From positions 28,244 through 92,243 of the forward strand of contig JAACPI010000005.1 in NCBI GenBank assembly GCA_009995545.1: a stretch of DNA of 64,000 nt. Direction: 5' to 3'. Numbering within the stretch: the stretch's first letter is position 1; every line of letters starts with the position of its first letter. Positions 57,942 through 64,000 of the stretch are shown one piece after another. Source of the stretch: a bacterium (GTDB lineage Bacteria > Patescibacteriota > WWE3 > 2-01-FULL-39-13 > JAACPI01). A program made the translations under genes and the position numbers. The notes beneath the pieces were generated by a model, which searched no databases, was not told the DNA's origin, and was given only the letters and a program-made list of their open reading frames with translations.

Positions 57942-59141
57942 TCAATCCGTTAGTATATTATAGATTTTCTCAGTATCTCCCGACCATTTTTGTGGTACAA
58001 CCTTCTTTAATGGGTTTCCAGATTCGTTGTAGATTTTTAGGTATTGCCCCGCAATATTTTGCCAGGAGAAGTTGTTTGACCACTTTTTGCCTACTTTTAT
58101 TATTTGTGTTCTTTTGTCAGGATTATCCAGTATTTTTAGCATAATTTTGGTGAGATCTTTTTCATTTTCGCTTTTGAATAAAAGCCCCGTATTGTCATTT
58201 ATAATATATTCGGGAATACCCCCTGTATTACTGCCTACAGGCAGAGTTCCACAGGCACTAGCTTCTATGTTTACAAGACCGCCCCCTTCTTGTCTTGAGG
58301 GACACACATGTGCAATAGACCCTTTCATTATGGAAAGGGCTTTTTTATGTTCAATGTATCCTAAAAACTTTACTTTGTTCTGAATATTTAACTTGTTTGC
58401 AAGATTTTCTAAGTTCTGTCTTTCAGGTCCGTCCCCTGCAATTATTAAATTGGTATTTGGGTGCTGTTTTAAAACCTGGAAAAAGGCTCTTAGTAAAATA
58501 TCTACACCTTTCTCGTAGTCTAATCTTCGAACAGTGCAAAAATAAGGGTTTTTGCACCTATATTGTTTTGTTTTTTTAATCTCCTCGACGTTAATACCGC
58601 CGTAGACTAACTTAACACTTATGTTTTTACTAATGTTTCTCTTTACTAAGCTTGATAAGCTACGGGAGAAGGAGATGTGCTCGTCAGCAAACATTAAGGC
58701 TGGTTTTACGGTATCTTTTCCCTCATTCCATACCTCTATGCTGTCCTGACTGTGCTCGTCTGGTAAATCTCCGCCAGCGTAGTTTGCAATAAAAGGTACC
58801 CCCCATTTTTTAGCCAATGATAAAGAGATAATAGGCATGGGTCTTCTGACTCCAATTAGATGTACCACGTCTGCCCTAATTTCCGATTCTATTGAATCCA
58901 AAAATTCCCTAGTCTTTTTAAAATCTTCAGCTATTTTAGGCCGATCTATTCGGTAGATCTTCGTTTCATTGTAGACGTCCTTTTCAGACAAATAAGAGGG
59001 GAATTTTTTAGTTAAGATAACAGTTTTGATCCCTCTTTTTTTATATTCCTCAATTAATTGTTCTATAACTGTTTCTATGCCTCCTACATTGGGTTTGTAC
59101 ACAGAGCAAATGATTAACACCTTTTTGATTTTATTTTGCAT
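57942..59141 (-). CDS. GT4 family glycosyltransferase
   Basis: PNVGGIE, RRLDYEKG, GDGPE, QEGGGLVNIEA, GGIPE. Confidence 0.92.
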   Translation of the reverse strand: MQNKIKKVLIICSVYKPNVGGIETVIEQLIEEYKKRGIKTVILTKKFPSYLSEKDVYNETKIYRIDRPKIAEDFKKTREFLDSIESEIRADVVHLIGVRRPMPIISLSLAKKWGVPFIANYAGGDLPDEHSQDSIEVWNEGKDTVKPALMFADEHISFSRSLSSLVKRNISKNISVKLVYGGINVEEIKKTKQYRCKNPYFCTVRRLDYEKGVDILLRAFFQVLKQHPNTNLIIAGDGPERQNLENLANKLNIQNKVKFLGYIEHKKALSIMKGSIAHVCPSRQEGGGLVNIEASACGTLPVGSNTGGIPEYIINDNTGLLFKSENEKDLTKIMLKILDNPDKRTQIIKVGKKWSNNFSWQNIAGQYLKIYNESGNPLKKVVPQKWSGDTEKIYNILTD

Positions 59142-59147
59142 AGCAAT

Positions 59148-60035
59148 TTATAGGCAATTAAAAGGTTTAATAATCCACATACTTTCAGTTTCTTCAGACC
59201 TGTCTTTTTCCATCTCTGTAAGTAGTTCTTCGCAGATCTTTTCACCAGAACCGGACCCCGTAAATATTATGTCTATTTTTTTAGTGGTTTCTTGGCTTAT
59301 AGTTTTTTTGGCAAGTTCGTAAATATTGTACTCGGGCATTTTTAGCACAAATATTTCTCCACCCTTCATAGTTACTGCCGCGGTAATTACTAGGGACACA
59401 GCGTCTTTTATTTCCATAAAAAATCTTTTCATCCTCTTGTCTGTAACCGTCACAGGCCCGCCCAACTTTATTTGCTGTCTCCACTTAGGTAAAAGGGATC
59501 CTCTAGAGTTTAAAACGTTACCAAATCTAACAACAGCAACCTTGGTATTACATTGGGGGTTATTGATGGAGTATTTTATTAACAAGTGTTCCATTATAAG
59601 CTTTGTTGAACCCATGACAGATGTAGGATTTACTGCCTTGTCTGTAGATATCGCTATAACTTTGGGAACATTATTCACAGAACAGGCATTAATAATGTTT
59701 AGGGCACCGATCACATTAGTTTTTATAGCTTCCTCCGGGTTTTTTTCTGCGAAATAAACGTGCTTTATAGCGGCTGCATGGAATACAATGTCGATATTTT
59801 TAGTAACCCGTTCTAACTTTTCGTAATCTCTCACATCTCCCAGGCAGTATCTGATATTTATTTTGGGAAAATCTCTATCCATTTCCTGCTTTAACAAAAA
59901 ATGTTTATATTCATCTCTAGCATAAGCAGTTATCTGCATAGGTCCCATTGAAGCTAGTTGTTTTACTAATTGCGTACCAATAGACCCTGTCCCCCCAGTT
60001 ACTAATATTTGTTTGTTCGTAATTAAATTTTTCAT
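59148..60035 (-). CDS. NDP-sugar 4,6-dehydratase (CapD/PglF catalytic domain)
   Basis: TGGTGSIG, HAAAIKHV, STDKAVNPTSVMGSTK, VRFGNV..SRGS. Confidence 0.92.
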   Translation of the reverse strand: MKNLITNKQILVTGGTGSIGTQLVKQLASMGPMQITAYARDEYKHFLLKQEMDRDFPKINIRYCLGDVRDYEKLERVTKNIDIVFHAAAIKHVYFAEKNPEEAIKTNVIGALNIINACSVNNVPKVIAISTDKAVNPTSVMGSTKLIMEHLLIKYSINNPQCNTKVAVVRFGNVLNSRGSLLPKWRQQIKLGGPVTVTDKRMKRFFMEIKDAVSLVITAAVTMKGGEIFVLKMPEYNIYELAKKTISQETTKKIDIIFTGSGSGEKICEELLTEMEKDRSEETESMWIIKPFNCL

Positions 60036-61141
60036 AATAAACTCTTCAAGGTATTAGTGATCTCCACGATGTCCTTTTCCTTTAATCCTATATAAAAAGG
60101 CAGTGCTAGGGTTTTAGCAGAAATTTTTTCACATATTGGGAAGTCACCTTTTTTGTATCCAAACTTTTTTTTCATAAAAGGCTGTAAATGTATAGATGGT
60201 AGATAGGGTTTAGAGTGTATCCCTCTCTCTGATAGTTCTACAATAAGGTTATTTCTAATATTTTTTGGAACTTGTATAACATAGACAAACCAAGAATATT
60301 TACCATCTTTGCAGGATAGTGGGGGAGTAGTAATGTTTTGAGTACCCTCCAAATATTTATTATAGTAACCCGCTATTCTAGCCTTCTCAAAGTTCATCCA
60401 TTCAAATTTGTCCATCTGAGTGCTGCCAAGAGAAGCACTCATATCATCCATCCTATAGTTATAGCCAAGTCTAGAGTGTTTTAGCCATTGCATATTTATC
60501 CCTCTACCTTGATTTTTTAAACTGTCAATTAAGTTTTTACGGTCTCTATTATTTGTAATTACTATGCCTCCTTCTCCTGTGGTAATTTGTTTATTTGGAT
60601 AAAAGGCGATTACTCCAAAATCCCCTAATGTTCCTACATGTCTATTTTTATAATATGTTCCCAAACTTTCACACGCATCTTCGATAACCTTTAAATTATA
60701 CTTTTTGGCTATTTTCTGAATTTCGTCAATTTTAGCTGGTCTGCCAAAAATGTGGACAACTAGTATCGCCCTGGTCTTTTTTGTAATAGCTTTTTCTATC
60801 TTAGAAACGTCTATATTAAAATCTATGGGATCCACGTCGACAAATACAGGTATTGCTTTTTCAAATAGGATTGCATTACTGGAGGCTATGAAAGAAAAGG
60901 GTGTAGTTATTACTTCCTCTCCTTCTCTAATGTTTAAAGCTTTTAGTGCTAAATGCAGCCCAGCAGTACCGCTTGAAACTGTAGAAGCATATTTAGCTCC
61001 TGTGTACTTACACATCTTCTCTTCAAAAAGTTTGCTTTTGGGTCCCATACCTAGAATTCCAGAATTCAAAACATCGATTACCCCATCTATATCTTTCTTA
61101 TCTAAGTAAGGTTTAGCTAGTGGGTAATTAAATTTCGTCAT
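60032..61141 (-). CDS. DegT/DnrJ/EryC1/StrS sugar aminotransferase
   Basis: SSGTAGLHL, EDACESLG, FYPNKQITTGEGG, GYNYRM. Confidence 0.95.
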   Translation of the reverse strand: MTKFNYPLAKPYLDKKDIDGVIDVLNSGILGMGPKSKLFEEKMCKYTGAKYASTVSSGTAGLHLALKALNIREGEEVITTPFSFIASSNAILFEKAIPVFVDVDPIDFNIDVSKIEKAITKKTRAILVVHIFGRPAKIDEIQKIAKKYNLKVIEDACESLGTYYKNRHVGTLGDFGVIAFYPNKQITTGEGGIVITNNRDRKNLIDSLKNQGRGINMQWLKHSRLGYNYRMDDMSASLGSTQMDKFEWMNFEKARIAGYYNKYLEGTQNITTPPLSCKDGKYSWFVYVIQVPKNIRNNLIVELSERGIHSKPYLPSIHLQPFMKKKFGYKKGDFPICEKISAKTLALPFYIGLKEKDIVEITNTLKSLL

Positions 61142-61811
61142 AAGACTTAACTAATTTAAAACTTTCGGCATATTTATAGCCAGATTCCAGCCCTCTATAT
61201 TTAGCGAAAACCTCAATCCCCTCTAAACTTCTAGGGTGGGGGTACCTTCGGATTTCGGTTTCATACAAAGAGAACGATCTTTTTTTATCTTCAATATACT
61301 TTTCTATATTTATATAGGTGTTTGGTTTAAAGGAATTATGTAATGACCATTCCGAGGAGGAAGGTACCTCATATTCAAAAATCTTGGATAGATATTTTTT
61401 TCCGGGTCTAGATATTACTTCTAAGGAACGGTTAACTATACTGTGGTCTAAATTTACATCGGTGTTCGTATGGGTAAAAACTATGTTTGGTTGTAGGGTT
61501 TTAAAAACATCCTCTATAACCTTGTTTAAATCTACATGGTCAACCTTTTCTAATCTCATGTCTGGCTGGTCTAAAAAAATAACTTCTTTAACCCCGAGAA
61601 CCTTGTTAGCCGCCCTACACTCATCTATTTTTTTGCTGTATTTTATAGTATCTCCCGCATATTGAGCTGTAGAACCTTCTGTAACTATGCAAACAAAAAC
61701 TTCATTTTCGTTTTCAGAAAGTAATTTCATAGTGCCTCCACACCCCAGGATCTCGTCGTCGGGATGTGCCGCAACTACTAGTATTTTTTGTTTAGAAAAC
61801 ATCTTTTTCAT
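61128..61811 (-). CDS. PIG-L/LmbE family deacetylase/deformylase
   Basis: AHPDDEILGCGG, D...DH, YPHPRS, AESF. Confidence 0.92.
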   Translation of the reverse strand: MKKMFSKQKILVVAAHPDDEILGCGGTMKLLSENENEVFVCIVTEGSTAQYAGDTIKYSKKIDECRAANKVLGVKEVIFLDQPDMRLEKVDHVDLNKVIEDVFKTLQPNIVFTHTNTDVNLDHSIVNRSLEVISRPGKKYLSKIFEYEVPSSSEWSLHNSFKPNTYINIEKYIEDKKRSFSLYETEIRRYPHPRSLEGIEVFAKYRGLESGYKYAESFKLVKSYDEI

Positions 61812-62745
61812 TTAATTGGTGCCCTTGTTTGAAAGCTTTAGTTATATCCACTTCTAACCCATCACTAAAGATTTTTGACAAGTATAGTAATTTATTATTA
61901 GAAACAATCCCTAAATGTTTTTTGCTAACGCTAACTATCTGGCCATTTCTACCAGAGAAAAAAGGAACATTGTCTTTTATCACTACAGATTTAAATGTAT
62001 ACTTTTGGTCCTCATAAAAAAAGTATGCAAGTGGGTATATATCTGTAACGGCTCTAACCTGGTTTAGTATATGTTGTGAGTCTTTATTAAAGTTAACATA
62101 ACTATCCCTGGGTTCCCTCTTTAATAAATATGTAGCATTTTTTGAATACTGTGGTTTTGCATATTCTTTTGCGGTGCCAGAAGAGATATCGTCAAAGTAC
62201 TTTAAAAATAGTTCAGCCCCAAACTTTGATATCTTTTCGTAATAGGATGAGGCATTGTCCTCCGGTTCTATTTTGAATTTTTTTTGGGTTATGATCGGTC
62301 CATCATCAACCTCGGCGTTTAAATAGAAGATGGTTATACCCCCGTATTCTTCATTGTTAATAAAATGCCAAGGTATTGGAGCCCTCCCCCTATTTTTAGG
62401 GAGTAGTGCTGGGTGTGAACCAACGCATCCCTTCTTAGAGCTTTGAAGTATTTCCTTGGTCAGAATCTGAGACCAACCATTTACGATCAGTATGTTTGGT
62501 CTTTCTTCTATAAACTGGTTTTTCAGGCTGTTTATATTTTTAGTATATATGACTTTAAGGCAATATTCTTTAGCTAGGGGTGTAAAGTCAGTATAGTCGG
62601 ATATTTCCCCAGAACCCTCTTTAGGGCGGGTTATCACCACGTCCACTTTTTTGCGATGCTTTAATAAACTCTCTAATGCAAGATACCCATCCTTTGTCAT
62701 AGATAAATATACATTTTTGTCTTTAAGAGATGTACAATTGATCAT
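61792..62745 (-). CDS. sugar N-formyltransferase (Fmt-like)
   Basis: GWSQIL, HPALLPKNRGRAPIPW, VDDGPII, VRA...YP.A. Confidence 0.88.
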   Translation of the reverse strand: MINCTSLKDKNVYLSMTKDGYLALESLLKHRKKVDVVITRPKEGSGEISDYTDFTPLAKEYCLKVIYTKNINSLKNQFIEERPNILIVNGWSQILTKEILQSSKKGCVGSHPALLPKNRGRAPIPWHFINNEEYGGITIFYLNAEVDDGPIITQKKFKIEPEDNASSYYEKISKFGAELFLKYFDDISSGTAKEYAKPQYSKNATYLLKREPRDSYVNFNKDSQHILNQVRAVTDIYPLAYFFYEDQKYTFKSVVIKDNVPFFSGRNGQIVSVSKKHLGIVSNNKLLYLSKIFSDGLEVDITKAFKQGHQLNEKDVF

Positions 62746-62781
62746 ATTAACAATGCTTTTTGACCCCTGGCATTTAACACA

Positions 62782-62811
62782 GTATACTACTACATATTGA
62801 ATATGTAAAAT
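62782..62811 (-). promoter_or_regulatory. promoter with palindromic operator ACATATTCAATATGT
   Basis: minus strand TTTACA-17nt-TATACT with palindrome 62792-62806 over the -35; also abuts TAAAAT of the divergent methyltransferase. Confidence 0.7.
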
Positions 62812-62821
62812 AACTTTTTTT

Positions 62822-63559
62822 ATGAAAACAAAATCACAAGAATTATACGACAGTTTTGCACCGTACTACAGAAATTATTCAAAAAAGAAGCATTGTTATT
62901 TGGATTCTGTGGATAGTCTAGTTGTTGAAGAGATACGTAGTTTTTCCAAAACGGGGATTAAATGGCTAGATGTAGGGACGGGAGATGGTGTAAGAATAAA
63001 AGAACTACTAAAAAGGCTACCTAAAAAGAGTTGTAAAGTAGATCTGGTAGAGAATAGTGTAGAAATGGCTAAAACCTGTGAAGAGAACTTTAAGAAGCCC
63101 CATTTATTGGATATTTCCTCATCCGACTTGGCCGGGATCGATAGTAGTTACGATGTAATAACCTGTTTATGGAATGTATTTGGGCACATAGACCCGGAAG
63201 TTAACAGGGCTAGTGCATTAAAGAATCTAGCATCCCTGCTGGGGCCAACTGGGAAGATACTTATAGACGTAAGTAACAGATATAACCTAGAAAATTATGG
63301 AGAGAGTAATTTTACAGCCAACATAGAGGAGGATATTAAAAGTCCCAGTCCTAAAAATGGCGATATTTATTACCCTATTTCAGTAAGTGGTAAAACAATC
63401 GATTCTTTTTGTCATTTTTTTAGCCCCTTTGAGATAAAGGAACTTTTTTTAAAGGTGAATTTAAAAATAAAAAAGGAATTGTACATAAACTACGATACAG
63501 GTAAACTGGAAAAAACTTGGTTGAGAGGGCACTTATTCTTTGTACTGCAGCGGGGATAA
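62822..63559 (+). CDS. class I SAM-dependent methyltransferase
   Basis: WLDVGTGDG, VENS..M, YDVITCLWNVFGHI, L.P.G.I.ID. Confidence 0.9.
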   Translation: MKTKSQELYDSFAPYYRNYSKKKHCYLDSVDSLVVEEIRSFSKTGIKWLDVGTGDGVRIKELLKRLPKKSCKVDLVENSVEMAKTCEENFKKPHLLDISSSDLAGIDSSYDVITCLWNVFGHIDPEVNRASALKNLASLLGPTGKILIDVSNRYNLENYGESNFTANIEEDIKSPSPKNGDIYYPISVSGKTIDSFCHFFSPFEIKELFLKVNLKIKKELYINYDTGKLEKTWLRGHLFFVLQRG

Positions 63560-63617
63560 GTTTTGGGAGAAGATCATAGATTATTTTCGTACCTACTCTA
63601 CTATGGAATTTTTGCAT

Positions 63618-63658
63618 TTTAAAACAATATTGCCGTTGTATATTTTTATTAAACCACT
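63618..63658. repeat. 41-bp direct repeat, right copy
   Basis: TTTAAAACAATATTGCCGTTGTATATTTTTATTAAACCACT; one mismatch to 52544-52584. Confidence 0.92.
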
Positions 63659-63711
63659 ACTTTTGTGGCTATCTAGCTACTCATTACTAGTCACTTGTTA
63701 TTACAAAACCC

Positions 63712-63740
63712 TTGACAAAAGTAAATCTGTCTGTTATATT
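63712..63740 (+). promoter_or_regulatory. ssrA promoter
   Basis: TTGACA-17nt-TATATT with TG extension, 12 nt before the tmRNA 5' end. Confidence 0.8.
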
Positions 63741-63752
63741 AATGCCTAATTT

Positions 63753-64000
63753 GGGGATGTATCAGAAATCGCCTAATAGAAGCACATTAAAAAGCAAGCA
63801 GAGCAGAACTAACTCTTAAAACTTGATCAAACAATAAATGCTAATAATAAAGCTAAACTTCCTGTAGTTAACGCAAACGCTTTGGTTTTTGCCTAAACTT
63901 ACGGAAGCCTTACTCCTTCTTTTTAGCGAGGGTTTAAGATTTATATTGCTAAAATAATTTAAAAAGCCCGATTAGTGACTTTTTACTTTAAACTTAAACT
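63753..64000 (+). ncRNA. ssrA: tmRNA (5' part, runs off the window)
   Basis: 5' GGGGATGTA; resume context ATAAAT-GCT; tag ANNKAKLPVVNANALVFA* at 63840-63896; smpB in same window. Confidence 0.88.

Larger units (their letters stand above)
52544..63658. mobile_element. ~11 kb genomic island carrying a nucleoside/amino-sugar tailoring cluster
   Basis: flanked by 41-bp direct repeat; only accessory genes inside; no intact integrase seen. Confidence 0.7.

Noticed and set aside
61792-62745. calling this gene fmt
   Set aside because: lacks the FMGT start; embedded in an amino-sugar operon, so a sugar formyltransferase is more likely
1-64000. CRISPR array, rRNA, intact IS or prophage, alternative genetic code
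   Set aside because: none seen; TGA, TAG and TAA all terminate recognisable genes

Overview
AT-rich chromosome segment of a Patescibacteria (CPR) bacterium, probably Microgenomates/WWE3-like. This is inferred from the CPR-type pilin/PrgI/VirB4 locus, the DUF4012 and DUF5657-like genes and pervasive leaderless promoters. From left to right: (1) an accessory region at 1-6950, 3' of tRNA-Asn, with small stress/membrane genes, decayed serine-recombinase fragments and a GC-richer SAM/zinc-ribbon + EAD1 cassette split at a candidate +1 frameshift site; (2) smpB and envelope genes; (3) a CPR type-IV-secretion-like locus (4 VirB2-like pilins, VirB6-, PrgI- and VirB4-like genes) with three predicted wall hydrolases; (4) the replication origin region (dnaN-jag-yidC-yidD-rnpA-rpmH <> dnaA, oriC); (5) murT-gatD, tsaD, T-box-valS, rplY, purF and an ABC-F gene; (6) an ~11 kb island bounded by a 41-bp direct repeat, followed by tmRNA. 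The island is the main discovery candidate. Its two convergent operons share a palindromic operator. They encode a MilB/BlsM-like nucleotide N-hydrolase, a truncated class-I LysRS paralog, a cytosylglucuronate-synthase-like glycosyltransferase and an amino-deoxysugar pathway, and the island also carries a methyltransferase, a HAM1-like pyrophosphatase and an extra ABC-F. Together these suggest an aminoacyl-nucleoside (blasticidin/amicetin-logic) biosynthetic cluster in a CPR organism. All family assignments come from motif reading only; no searches were run.
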